Source of the DNA: Schmidtea polychroa
Lineage: Eukaryota
Assembly (NCBI GenBank): GCA_044892525.1
Contig: CM097885.1
Span: 201,934,001-201,998,000 of the forward strand
Direction of reading: 5' to 3'
Length of the DNA: 64,000 bases
Shown: one piece after another, positions 14,701 to 27,469 of the stretch
Layout: each line of letters begins with the position of its first letter
Numbering within the stretch: the first letter of the stretch is position 1
The notes under the pieces: model-generated
What the model was told of the DNA's origin: nothing
The model's database searches: none
Seen by the model: only the letters and a program-made list of their open reading frames with translations
Made by a program: the position numbers and the translations under genes

Positions 14701-15733
14701 TTTTTATTACCAACTTTTTTGGGAAAAAAAATCTCGCGACACACTAAACACTGCTCTAGGCAGTCATATATATGGGAGTCCCCATTGCACAGATAGTAAA
14801 GTGTGAGAAATATGACTAACTGACATTATGCAAGACAGCGTAAATGACTTTATTAATTTTATTATTAAAAAAACACGTTTGAAATAAAGTAAACTGTAAA
14901 AGATATTAGATAGGTACGGCAAAGTGGATAAATTATAATAAAAATTGATGTCATTTGTTTGAATGGAAGTGTAATGTCGAACAGTCGCTGCAAGACAATT
15001 GCTGTTTCAAACTGGTTTGAAGTCCTAGAAGATTTATAATTGCTTTCAAGATTTTGAATTAGCATGAAAATTTTGACTTAATTTAAATTAACTAACTATT
15101 AAGTCTTCAAAAAAATAGTTTCTACATTATCATAAAATTATAGCTTTAAAAATATATATAATTGAATTTATTAAAGAGCTTGAAGACTATAAATTAGTAA
15201 ATATATCGATGTTTGTTGACATTCACGAATTTTCGGCACAGCCATTTTCAAGAGATTTTTTTAATATTTTTTTAATATTTTTAATATTTTAAAATCAGAC
15301 ATGCCTTTTTTACTCATAGAGTCCTTATTTTATTTACAAATATTCGTCAATCCTTTCTACCGACTTACTTAATGATATACCTTTTAGACTGAACAATCTA
15401 CCAACCCAAACATCACAATTAGCAAATGATGCCGCTTTTCAACCGAAGCCACATTTGATATCAGAACCGTCGAAATTGCACCAAAATTCCAACAACTACG
15501 TTTCTTCAATGATGTCTCCATTCTCATGCTCATCGTTTCCGATATTCTCACCTCCGTCTCATGTTCAGCTATCTGCAGATCTCGAATCATACAACCTATC
15601 GTATGGTTCTCCAGCATTTCAGAATAGTTTTGGTCCCCCAACAGTGAATTATCCCAACCAATTGCCTCCTATATTTGATCAAACGATTTGTCAAGCAATT
15701 CGTTTGGAACAATCAGCAGGACGATCAAATTAA
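11744..15733 (+). CDS. tcf: TCF/LEF (pangolin-like) HMG-box transcription factor, spliced; exons <11744-11908, 11962-12148, 12212-12558, 12613-12679, 15388-15733; 5' end in or before the gap
   Basis: GT-AG introns of 53, 63, 54 and 2708 nt join the exons in frame (phases 1,2,1,2). The HMG box is near-identical to TCF7L2 and is followed by a basic tail KRQKKRQ and an S/P/N/Q-rich terminal exon. The terminal exon is inferred from phase match and a polypyrimidine acceptor. Confidence 0.85.
12212..12558 (+). CDS. tcf: TCF/LEF HMG-box exon
   Basis: [78 protein letters not shown]; acceptor TTTGTAG at 12211, donor AG|GTACTT at 12559. Confidence 0.97.
13258..13488. mobile_element. piggyBac-like MITE (231 bp)
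   Basis: About 70-bp near-perfect TIRs starting CACGTTGGCTGCCAATGTATCAC; TTAA on both sides (13254-13257, 13489-13492). Confidence 0.85.
14453..14753. mobile_element. hAT (Charlie-like) MITE
   Basis: TIR CAGTGTTT/AAACACTG; 8-bp TSD CTCTTGGC/CTCTAGGC (7/8 match). Confidence 0.8.
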
Positions 15734-16810
15734 ATGCACCACTTTTATTTATTGATAATATTAATAATAATAATAATGATAATAAGAATGATAATCATTC
15801 TAGTTCTCTCACGGTTTTATGGCAACTTCTTCAGTTTTAATACAAATTTTTATTATTCAATCGATGTTTTATATCTAATCAAAAATTTATTGTATTCCAA
15901 TTGTAATTATTATCAAATTTTAATTATTTAAATTTTAAAACAAAAGTAAAACTTTGAAGGAAAAAAATGCTTTTAATCTTGAGACAAATTACGGAATTTT
16001 TGGGGGCCTTAAATTATAAAGGTTTTGACTGGAACAGTATTGAAGCGCAGACCAAAATTTGAAGTTAGAACCTATTTTATTTAATTTTTTGTTTATATCG
16101 ATAGTTTTTAACCTAGACAGGCTATAGATCTGTAAAAACAGCTCATTAAGTATTATATGAGTCAATTTTTTCACTATATCTGTCCCATTATAGTAAGTAG
16201 TTAATAGTTAACACCCATATCCTCCTCCAGAATCATGTAATTAATTTTGATTAATCTGGATTATGTAATTTCAATTGAAAATAATCTTTTTCATAATACA
16301 GTAACTTCTATAAGCGGAGCACGAATTTCCCCATGTGCACCGCTCATCTAAATTTTTTAAAAACATATCTAACGGGTATCAACAATTAAATGTGCCAATA
16401 ATTATTATAAATAGTAAAGAAAGCTGGAAATTTCAAATAAAAAACGCCAAATAGACATGCTAAAATATATTTTTACAAGACAATATTTAGACTAAGATTT
16501 TGTAATAAAGTTAAAAATCGAAAGACAATTTATTAATATTATTTTAATTCAGATAAACAAATGAATACAACATAAAACATTTAATTTTTTATTCATTTTT
16601 GTTAGTTTATAAGGCTGGTAGCGATTTTTATATTAGATAATTTAAAATACTAATAAAAGAAAATTAAACCAAATAATAACTAACCAAAAATGAGTTGCCC
16701 CGCTGGGAGAAACGACATTTCATATGCTAAAATACCTTTTTTATAAAATGCCCCTCTTATAGAAGTTATACTGTATTTAATTCTTTTTTCGTAGCAGTAT
16801 AGTGCAGTGG

Positions 16811-17050
16811 GGTTATATCAATGTGAAGACTACACTATAATGTGATCTATGTCGGTCACAGTATTTTATGTCAAAAAACAATGGGGCAGTCAGTCACAAT
16901 GGCTATGTCAATGTAAATAATGCACTATAGCGTGAGGCTATTTTGATCTTTGCTTAAAAACAATAGAGTTGGCAGTAATCTACAAGGTTAAACCAATATG
17001 AAGACTATACCATAGTGATGGGGTATTTTGTCTCTTACTAAAAACACTGT
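16811..17050. repeat. Degenerate tandem repeat, about 3 units of 85-90 bp
   Basis: Recurring GG(T/C)TA..CAAT(G/A)T(G)AA..CTA..(C)TATA..GTGA...TATTTT....AAAAACA motif at about 16811, 16901 and 16986. Confidence 0.5.
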
Positions 17051-17310
17051 AATTTTATAGTTCCACTATAGTCTCAGACATTTTTGTACAATAAATTCTG
17101 GTCTCAGTATTTTTAATAGCCACGAAAGAAGCTCATGCATATTTGGTATAGAATGTTTGAATAACTAAATTATGGTTATATTAATTAAAAATGTAAATTA
17201 AGGTAATATAATTAAAAAAAAAAGAATTATATATTTTTTTGAAGAAACGCTATCTTTATATATACACTTTATATATGACTGCCAAGAGGTTCAAATTACC
17301 TAGAGACAGC

Positions 17311-18273
17311 TGTTGAGGATACCTAAATGAAAAATAACATAATAAATAAATAAATTACCTGGGGAAAAATCGTCATGACAAATTGGACGATCTATGGGAA
17401 CTCAGAAAAGAAAACAGAAGTAAAAATAAATTAAAAATGAGAAAGATAAATCAAATAAAAGGAAACAAACAAGAAATTAAAACAAAGGTCATTGTTAATT
17501 AATAAGTACAAATGAAGGTTGAATTTCAAATTCCAGAAAAACAAAATAAGGGAAAAAGCCGTATCTTGACAGCCTGTCAAAGATAGCGAAATTGTCGGGA
17601 GAAGGCGGCTTAACAGAAAAGGAAAATGGGAAAATATCTTGACATCTGTCAGAGATAAGGCTGATGTAGAGGAAAAGGAAAAGGATAAACAGAATCTGTC
17701 GCCAGTGCCACAAACAAAACAACTATATAAAGGAAAACTGGTGGACGAGAAATCACAGATTGAGAACAAATTTAGAGCAAATTTAGACAAATTTGGAGCG
17801 AAAAGTAGAACGGAAACAGAACGAAGTTGAGAGCAAAACGAAACGAAATTAGAGGCAAAAAGTAGAGTAAAATTAGAGACGACAGAGTAAAAAGGGGAAT
17901 CAAAACAGAGTGAAAAGAGAAGTGACAAGAATCTTTTATAAAATTGAATATAAAGTAAAAGTGGAGTAAATAAATTGTGTGGTCAAAGCAAATAGAACAA
18001 TCGATCAACATATTCTGTAATTGAGTAGTTGACGGCTAGTGATTATTGTTGTGGTTACAGAAAGGGCTATTCTTCACGTAGTGTCGAAATAAGCTCTGTG
18101 TGATAAATTGGGTTATAGTTAATTGGTTGTAATTGAAATTTGTACTATTACGTGTGGATATTAATAAAGCTTATTGTGTTAGAGAGTGTTGAATTGCGAA
18201 TTAATAAACACGCTTTGGAGCCAGATTAAAGGTTTGAATTTACAAATATTGTCACCAACTCAATAACCCAACA
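17311..18273 (+). mobile_element. Solo LTR (963 bp), Gypsy-type
   Basis: TGTTG...CAACA termini, 4-bp TSD CAGC on both sides, AATAAA near the 3' end; homologous to 21228-22252. Confidence 0.85.
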
Positions 18274-19193
18274 CAGCTCTGGGTAGGAAAGGTTCTTAAA
18301 AGATATTGAAAATTAAAAAATTAAATGTTAATATTTCTAGAAACGAAGAACTGTAATAAATTTGCGAATTTTTCTCCTAAGATTGATTGATGGGATTCAA
18401 GCTCGAAACTAGCCTGCTATGTAAAAAAGCAATAATTAATATTATAGAAGGGAATAAAAAGTATGTGGTTAGAAACAAACAAGCAAAATATATCTATTAG
18501 GTTGATGCAAAAAATCTTCACATATTTTATACAAAAATTGCAGACGTTTTATATACTAAAACTTAAATTTAATCAATATAAAATGTTCTGTTCTACCGGA
18601 GAACCTTTCTCCATTTCTCTGGTAGTTCCTTAATCCTGCACTTATAGAAGTTCAGAAATTTCTGAACAAAGAACTAATCCAGTGAATTTCAAATTTCAAA
18701 GAAAAAAGGTTTTACTATCAAAGCTATTTTGAAGTAATTTAATTAAATGGTAGTCGGGTGGAGAAGGTAGAGAAAGAACGGTTGGATTCAACAAAACATC
18801 CTAGTTCAGTTGTAAAAGTTTGTGTCATGAGTGCCAAAGACATATTCTAGGATTGTCTTTCTGTTGGAGTCCTCGAAGCATTCTTGACTTTGAAGAAATA
18901 AAAAAGCATAATATGTATAAATAAAGTTTCTTATTTTCTGTCACATTAATACTGTACAAAATTTGAAAAAACAACCAAACGACACAATTGTGTTCACAAG
19001 TACTCACTAGAATTCCTTCTGACAATCATAAAAAACTTGTGAAATTAATATGCAACGATGCAACGCCACCTGGTGAAAAAATGGAATGAACTTTGGCCTC
19101 GACCTAACACATTACACATCTATATATAAATACACAAACGAAGACAGTGAATAAGATACGCTACGATTATTAAGATATTTAAATAACGCTACA

Positions 19194-20423
19194 ATTTAAA
19201 TGCACACTATTTTAATGTATTTGCACACTATAAATGCTAACTATAAATAATAAATGCTAACTATAAATAATAAATGCTAACTATAAAACTTGAAACTCGA
19301 AGGAAAAATATTTGCAAAGACTGGAAAAGAGCAAATGCATTTGCAAGTTCAAATGAAGCTGAGGATTTTGTAAAAAACGAAAAAGTGTGGTCTTGTTTTC
19401 GGACAAATAAAACTGAAGAGGGGAAAAAGAGGTTTTTCCGCTGTAATCGTGTTAAATTTCGTGGGGAACAATGTTCAGCCTCAGTTTACTTGTGGTACGA
19501 GTCCAGCACTAGTGATGTTGTTCTATACAGATCAGGACATGCACATGATTGTGACAACATCAAAACAAGAACAACAATGACAGATACCGTCAAAGCTGAA
19601 ATTGACTTGGAACTTTGGACTAGCTCATACCAGTGGGCAAAGTTGAAGAAAACCATTTCTCCAGAATCAACAGAGAGTGGTGTTGTTTACAAAATTGCTG
19701 CAAAAGATTTGACAGAAACCTACGATGGAATTGACAACTGGGAAACGTTTGATGAGTTTAAAATTAAAGCATTTCTTTCATGGACTACTATTTTACCAAA
19801 AGATCAAAATGACTGGATTAACGGAGACTGTAACTGCCCTTCTTTTTTTAAAAAAATGCTTTGCAAACACATTGTTGGATTAGCTATTCGACTAAAGCTT
19901 GTAGTCCATCCAACCGAAGCGAAAAATGTTCCAATTGGAACCAAAAGAAAGAGAGGTCGCCCTGCAAAAGCAAGAAAAGCATTGCTGTTGCAGTAGAACT
20001 AAAAATTTATTATATCTAGTGCAAATAAAATGCAGCCATTATACAAAACATTTTGTTAAACCATTGTTTAAATGTCTATAAATTGTTGTATTTAAGCATT
20101 CACAATAAATTGTAATCTCTATGCTTTTTTATTCATTGAAATATATCTGAAATTTTTATTTTATAATGTATAAATATTTTTGAAAATAGTGTGCAAATAT
20201 TTATTTTTTAGTTTGCAGAACATAGTTAGCAAATATCGATTTTATAGTGTGCAAAAATCATTTTTTTAGTTTGCAAAATATAGTTAGCAAATAAGTATTT
20301 AATAGTGTGCAAAAACATTTTTTTAGTTTTCAAAAATTATTTTTTAGTTTGGAAAAATAGTTAGCAAATGTTAATTTTTTAGTGTGCAAAATGGGATTAT
20401 TTAGTTTGCATTTAATTAGGAGC
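19194..20423 (+). mobile_element. Internally deleted Mutator-like element; ORF 19274-19996 keeps the N-terminus and SWIM zinc finger
   Basis: CNCPSFFKKMLCKH (SWIM CxC..CxH) followed by KRKRGRPAKA. Subterminal repeats TGCACACTAT/TGCTAACTAT on the left are inverted (ATAGTGTGCA/ATAGTTAGCA) on the right. No DDE core is visible. Confidence 0.75.
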
Positions 20424-20816
20424 CTTTAAATAATATATTTTTAAAAATTTCACAATCAAGGAAAATTAAAACAATTTAAACTAAAACAAAAATTAAAACA
20501 AATCATTTATACAGTTTATGTTTTTATGATTTACTTTTTTTATTTTATAACTATTTTTTGTAAAATTTATCTTATCAAGTCTAATTTAAATCAAGGAAAC
20601 TCGCCAATAAATTTATCTTTATAAAGCTTCCTTAGATTAAGCAGTTTGGATTTCAACAGTCATTTTTCCATAATTAAATAATATTTTATAATTTCATTTA
20701 TTATTTATATTAATAATTATTTAATAAGTTTGTCTACGATGTTGTTATATTAGTTTCCCTTTGTTTAAACATGATATTTGGTTTTGATTTTTGCATGAAG
20801 TATATGATGTTCTGAG

Positions 20817-21069
20817 CAGTGGCGGAACTTCAAAATTTGGGCCCCCGCGCAATGTAAAATATTTCCACTTAAATTTTTCGGTTAAAGTTTATAACATAGT
20901 TATTCACACCAGCCGCTATTCAATGATAGTTTTGTGTTTGTAGGCAAATATAACTGCGGGAAAAAAGTTTCAGAAATGATTGTAAATATTTTTTTAGTAA
21001 TAATTTTGGGCCCCTATAGCTGGTGGGCCCCCGCAACGTATGGCCCTGCGTCCACTAGTTACGCCACTG
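20817..21069. mobile_element. hAT MITE (253 bp)
   Basis: TIR CAGTGGCGGAACT / AGTTACGCCACTG; perfect 8-bp TSD GTTCTGAG. Confidence 0.92.
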
Positions 21070-21227
21070 GTTCTGAGGTAATTAATAAATATTTAGAATT
21101 TAATTTATTTTATTTGATGTTATCAAAATTATTGAAAGTTATTAACTTATTAAAATGAATGAATTTATTTTGAGTCATCAAATTACGTTATACAAAATCA
21201 ACAAATCAAGAGTAATGATTATCAATT

Positions 21228-22252
21228 TGTTGGGTTATTGGGTCTTTGGTGAAATTTAAATTTAATGAATTGTTTCTCTGACTCCAAACGTGCTTTTCAT
21301 TGACCCACAAATAACAATTAACACTGGAAATTTTATTGAATATCACAAATATTTTCACAATGATGCAATTAGCTCAACAAGCTAACTATCGTTTTTACAG
21401 TGCTTATTACACACTATGGTAAAGAATAGCACACGCGTATAACCTTGATTTGACATATCTCTCACAACTGAGGAGTATAACAATTGTTAATTCAATTTGT
21501 TGTTTTCTAGTATGACTTGGAGCTTTACTCTGTTATTAATTGAATAAGCTCCTGCTGCTTATCCTTTTATTTCTGTTTCTCTGTTTCAATTCTCTTCAAA
21601 TTCTCCAAATAACTGTCGTTGTATTATCTCAATTATTCTGTCCTTTGTCGCAATACTATGTCTCATATCTTCTGTTGCAACTCTGTTCCACAATATTCTG
21701 ACGCAAATATTCTCCTTTAAGTGTTCTGTCGTAAATACTCTTATTCAACTGTTCTTCTCTTAACTCTTCTCCTCTTAATTGTTATCCTGCTTCTGCTGTG
21801 CTTCCTCCATTTATACCTCGTCACTTTGTGGCACTTCAGATTATCTTTAATTTCCCATTTTTCTCCAACATATCTCCCCAAATTTTTCGTGCAATCGAGT
21901 TATCTTTGACAGCTGTCAAGATATTTTCTAGTTTTTCTTTTTTGCCGCTCCAGCCTGTTTTCTTTTTGTTCCCTTTATCTCTGACAAGCTGTCGAGATAA
22001 GTACATTATTGTTGTTTCTGTTTTTCCCAATTTTAAAATTTCTTTTCCTTTTGTACTAACTAATTAGTAATGACCTATATTTTAGTTCTTTGTTTGCTTC
22101 CTTTTGTTCGTATTATCTTTTGAATTTCTTGTTTCTTTTTACTTCCGTTTTCTTTTCCGAGTTTCCATAGATCGTCCCGTTTGTCATAACGATTTTCCCC
22201 CATTTAATTTAATTTATTTATTTATAAATTTGCTATTTAGGTATCCTCAACA
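21228..22252 (-). mobile_element. Solo LTR (1025 bp), same family as 17311-18273, opposite orientation
   Basis: Minus strand begins TGTTGAGGATACCTAAAT and ends CAATAACCCAACA, like the other copy; TSD AATT/AATC. Confidence 0.8.
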
Positions 22253-22559
22253 AATCTAATTTGGAAATTTAATTTGTACAATGAACCAGGTCTTAGGATA
22301 AATTCTGGAATCATTTATATTATGTACCCACATGAAAATCTGTTGCAATTCTGGTGAATCTCTGGTGAAATGAATGTTTCTCGTTTACATAGTAGTCATG
22401 GAATATGATTATCGTGAAAAACCATTAATTTAATTAGAGAAGCAGTTGATATAGTTGAATCGTATTTCAGGTCAATTACTGTAGACCTTGACACAAAAGG
22501 CCCAAAAAGTTAGATCTGGCATTTAAAAAATGACCCATCTCCTCAAACAAATCTCGTCG

Positions 22560-23460
22560 TCAACGAGGCGTAGTTTATAAGTAGGGTCTAATACCATGTA
22601 TAATACACAAAATGAATTTTCTTCAATATTCAAATATCTCCTGCATTGTGGTACAAGCATTGTGGTACACATTAATTTAATTCACAATCTTCGGCTTCCG
22701 TTGAATTTTTTACAAAATAATCTTAAGAACACGAATGCTTGGAATTATCATTCCACTTGTTGCAGACATCATACTAGCGTTCTTTGTTTCTTCTTCAAAA
22801 GGACGCATTGTTAATACAACGAATTTCCGCTCCCATTTCTCGTTGATCCAATGCGCTATTAAAGATAGAAATGAATTCAAATTATTAGTTGTTGTCCACA
22901 TATTAGAAGTAAAACATAAAACTCGCATTCTTTACCATATTTTGAATCTTCGTTACTACTACAAAAATATCTGGTATCACTACTCTTGAAAATGTATTTG
23001 GTGTGGAATATTATACTTAGGCTCTAATTCGTACACAATCCGTCGAAATCCAATATCATTTACAACCGAAAATGGCTGCGCATCCAAGGCTATCATCTCA
23101 GCAATCCGATTTGTTTTAAACATTTGACGAGGATTTTTTGTCTCAAAGGGACACGTTCTTTTAATATAGGCATCGAGATTTTGCTGCTTAGGCCTTTTTG
23201 CATCCTCAGCAAGCCTAATATTAGTATCATTGGCCTTTATTTTTAATTCATCTTCGCATTTTTGCATATATTCGATGTGTTTTTCTGGATGCTTTGAACG
23301 CAGATGGTGGATAAGCATTGTAGTTCCATACGACATTGGATTCTTGCTGTCACGTTTCAGCTTCATCATGCAGATCAAGCAGTTTGCATAAGATTAATTA
23401 ACAGTGTTTATTTTGAAAAAATTCCAAATTTTGCTTTTCTGATTAGCTTTGACATTTGAT
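22560..23460 (-). mobile_element. Degraded hAT transposase 5' half (BED finger and first catalytic motif)
   Basis: KSKIWNFF..ANCLICMMKL..GTTMLIHHLRSKH (BED finger); RIAEMIALDAQPFSVVNDIGF; LCFTSNMWT..FLSLIAHWI (D replaced by N); stops and frameshifts. Confidence 0.8.
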
Positions 23461-24407
23461 TTAATATATTACATCAATTCTAGTTAAATTTAGTTACTTA
23501 AAAATTGTATATTATAAAATAGTAAAAAAATCTAATCATAAAAATGTACCTTGAAAGTCGAACCAGTTGGCTCGACATGATTCGTGATTATTTGCAACTG
23601 TAGGGTTTTAATAAATGGTGAGAATAAAGGAGACCGCTATTCCATTTATGTATTGTTTAAGTAGAGTTGTTAGGACATTTTACTACTTTTTAGAAAATCT
23701 GGAAAATGCATTTCTTTGAATATTAAACGGTAGCTTTATCGTAATAGCACCGCACAAATATCACAATAGCAATGCAAATTTAAGTAACGCTGGGTACTGA
23801 TGAGAATATGAAAGCTGCACACGTTGTTTTTAAGCATTTTGCCGTATTTCCAAGAATCTTGATCTTTATGGTTTGATAAGCTATCCGGAATCATGTTAAA
23901 ATTCCTAATCCATTAAACGTGTTGAAATGCTTTAAATAATAATAGATTTCAGAAAATACCACGGTATAGGAATATAGGGTATGCCGGTACGCATTTTATA
24001 TATTGTATCTCTCTTTTGAATGACGTTGCCAACATCTCTTTCGTTCGGCGTCATGGACAAGTTGCATATCGTAGACGTGATTAGCTAATACCATTATTGG
24101 CAGTGTTTATACTCTTGGTATTTATATAATCTGCTAGGCAGTGCCACGTGCTTTCGCAGGATCCATTTCCGCGTCAGTGACGTCATCCACAGAACGAACC
24201 CAATTTTGTTTATCGCACCGACATACCTTTATTTCTTTAAGCAGTGAGGAAAGAGCATCATTTTGTTTTACGGTTTTGCTCTTTACACACCTCAGAATTT
24301 CTGCTTTGACTCTGTTATAAATCTGTTGTAAGTGAACAAAGTTTAATTTTTTGTTTCGACAAAATTCAAATCACCCTTGTTTAAAAAGTATTTTGACATC
24401 AATAGAA

Positions 24408-24810
24408 ATGAGTGTTGTGAAGAAGACAAAATTGAATCATTTTAATAATAATTGGGAAAACGAATTTTCTTCACAATAAATTACGACAAGTGCTTGTACC
24501 TGATTTGCATTGTGATCATTTCTCTCCCAAAAAGAGGAAATCTTTTAGTAATGCTGTGCATGAATATTAGAATCGTGGTTATCCCCTAAATTCAAAAATA
24601 TGGATGGAACAGATACAAAAGCTGAAGTCTACGCTACGCTCACAGCAATCATTCTTTAAAAAGTTTTGCAACAAATCCACATCTGCAACGGTAGCCTTTT
24701 TACGTGTGACACATATATTGGCGAAACGCAAGAAACCTTTTACTGACTGAAAATTTTAAAGAACGTTTCATAGCAGCTGCTGATTCATTATTTGATAATT
24801 TCAATAATAA
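24408..24810 (+). mobile_element. hAT (Charlie/GTF2IRD2-like) transposase N-terminal fragment
   Basis: MSVVKKTKLNHFNNNWENEF..CLYLICIVIISLPKRGNL; YPLNSKI..LKSTLRSQQSFF..ATVAFLRVTHILAKRKKPFTD; frameshifted. Confidence 0.65.
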
Positions 24811-25923
24811 ACGCAGGCTTACCTCAAGAGAAAGTAGAATATCAAAAAAAAACAAAATTATATTCGTCATGAGTTTGACTTAACAATAAAAAGATAAAAG
24901 TCTGATGAAATGCTGATAAATAGAAGAATAGGAATAAAAATATTGTTAGAAATCATAACTAATTTATGGAAGTAATTTTAGTTATTTATTTGATATTGGA
25001 AATGTGATATTTATAAACATTCTGATTTTATCAGTTTCAAGACAATTTATGTTCAGAAATGGAATTCAGAAAAAATCATCCCTCAAAAATATTTTGTCTC
25101 TAAGGTCCTTTCAAGCTTTCTAGTAGGACACTTGAACTTAATCTTTCAAATCCTTACTTTGATTCAATGTTGTGAAGAGATAGATAAGTTCCATAACTGA
25201 AACTCGTTAACTTAATTAATTTTATTTTTTAAAAAAATTTTGCAACATGCAAAAAATATTTTATTCTTTTATCTTTTGTTTGCTTCCCAAAACTTAAAAT
25301 TATTTGAGAATAAAATATATTAGATAACTTAATCGTACAAAAACAAATTTTTGCTTCCCCTAAAAAAATATAGAGCCAAAAGATCAAGACCCATGGACAA
25401 ACATACAAGATTAACAATGATTGTAGTAAACAAATCAAAACTATGCAAAGAAAACAAAAAATATTTTGTTAATAATCATTGCATTTTTAGAATTAGCAAA
25501 TTTTAGAAACATCGATAGATATTAAATAGTATTCGAGTCCTCAAAAATCAATTTAAATGTTCTAGGGACTCATGTTCTTTAAAAATAAAAAATATATTTT
25601 AATTATAATAGAATTATTAAATTATCAAGATATTGTAAAATATTAGTTATAAATAATTAATTAATTAATTCCATATATTAATAATCAAAATAAATTTTGC
25701 TAAATCCTAAATTTTATAAAACAATATTATGGTAAATTAGTTAAGCTAAAATGAGTTTGTTTAATACTATCAATAATGGTAAATCTAATAAGTATTAATT
25801 TAACTTTAATTCAATGATAAATTTCTCAAAATAAGTTAACTTGAAGGTATTATCAATCTTTTTCAACATTTTAGATTGCAGTAAAGTCTAATTTACTTCC
25901 GCCTAATTAAAAGTATTCATTTT

Positions 25924-26604
25924 ATGAATTTAAGAAGTTCATCTCCAGTTGAAGAATCACACCATGATGATTTGTTATTAATATCAATACAATCTAAATC
26001 TATCTTGATTAATGAACTGCAAACTAGCTTCAGTTACTTTGAAAATTTAGGAATCAGTTTAACAGAAAAAGATGATGAACATACTTCAGAGAAAACAAAT
26101 GACGGTTTACTCAATACTATTGATGACGTTAGGTCGTCTATTAATGCTATTATAACAGACATTAATTCAACAAAATATAGATATACGATGCGAATAAAAA
26201 ATGTAACTTCGTTTTTATCTCAGAAAAATGTTAAATCAACAAAATTAATAATATCCGATTTTCAAATTCAATCTCAATTCTTCATCAACAGCACAGATTC
26301 GTATATCACTGTGAAAGGAATAATAAATTGGCCTGTTAGAAATGGCCTTCAAACAAGTTGCAAATTGTCAATTACTATTACTTTGTTCGACCAGCCGTTG
26401 ACAGAATCTGGAAAATGGAAATATAATAAAATTTGCCATGTCAAATCTTCCGATTCACAACAAATTTTGATGGAGGAAAATCAGCTTTTCCTGAAAGAGG
26501 AATTTTTATCAAAATTTGTATTTGAGGATCTAGCATTCATTCATTTCTCTGTGGAATCTCTTGATAACACCGAGTCTTCAAAATTGATTGTCGACATTCT
26601 CTAG
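25924..26604 (+). CDS. Divergent TRAF-like protein: short coiled-coil plus C-terminal MATH domain (226 aa; may be a terminal exon)
   Basis: Uninterrupted 681-nt ORF in ~75% AT DNA. MATH-like strands: YTMRIKNVTSFL, SITITLFDQ, QLFLKEEFLSKFVFEDLAFIHFSVE. Domain assignment is by eye only. Confidence 0.6.
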   Translation: MNLRSSSPVEESHHDDLLLISIQSKSILINELQTSFSYFENLGISLTEKDDEHTSEKTNDGLLNTIDDVRSSINAIITDINSTKYRYTMRIKNVTSFLSQKNVKSTKLIISDFQIQSQFFINSTDSYITVKGIINWPVRNGLQTSCKLSITITLFDQPLTESGKWKYNKICHVKSSDSQQILMEENQLFLKEEFLSKFVFEDLAFIHFSVESLDNTESSKLIVDIL

Positions 26605-26740
26605 TTCTTGATTGGAATTCTATTGATGTAATAATTCTTGGAATTGGAAGTTTTGTGCTCACTTTTCATGAGACCATTTATCAAATTTCAGAATTATTTT
26701 AACATTTTTAACGAACAATAAATCTTCCTAACAATAATTA

Positions 26741-27469
26741 NNNNNNNNNNNNNNNNNNNNNNNNNNNNNNNNNNNNNNNNNNNNNNNNNNNNNNNNNNNN
26801 NNNNNNNNNNNNNNNNNNNNNNNNNNNNNNNNNNNNNNNNNNNNNNNNNNNNNNNNNNNNNNNNNNNNNNNNNNNNNNNNNNNNNNNNNNNNNNNNNNNN
26901 NNNNNNNNNNNNNNNNNNNNNNNNNNNNNNNNNNNNNNNNNNNNNNNNNNNNNNNNNNNNNNNNNNNNNNNNNNNNNNNNNNNNNNNNNNNNNNNNNNNN
27001 NNNNNNNNNNNNNNNNNNNNNNNNNNNNNNNNNNNNNNNNNNNNNNNNNNNNNNNNNNNNNNNNNNNNNNNNNNNNNNNNNNNNNNNNNNNNNNNNNNNN
27101 NNNNNNNNNNNNNNNNNNNNNNNNNNNNNNNNNNNNNNNNNNNNNNNNNNNNNNNNNNNNNNNNNNNNNNNNNNNNNNNNNNNNNNNNNNNNNNNNNNNN
27201 NNNNNNNNNNNNNNNNNNNNNNNNNNNNNNNNNNNNNNNNNNNNNNNNNNNNNNNNNNNNNNNNNNNNNNNNNNNNNNNNNNNNNNNNNNNNNNNNNNNN
27301 NNNNNNNNNNNNNNNNNNNNNNNNNNNNNNNNNNNNNNNNNNNNNNNNNNNNNNNNNNNNNNNNNNNNNNNNNNNNNNNNNNNNNNNNNNNNNNNNNNNN
27401 NNNNNNNNNNNNNNNNNNNNNNNNNNNNNNNNNNNNNNNNNNNNNNNNNNNNNNNNNNNNNNNNNNNNN
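26741..27469. other. Assembly gap (N run)
   Basis: Run of N. Confidence 1.

Noticed and set aside
17431-18011. F/L/S-rich membrane-protein-like ORFs (also 21721-22067, 33685-34129, 37582-38273)
   Set aside because: Reverse complements of A/G-rich LTR interiors; low complexity.
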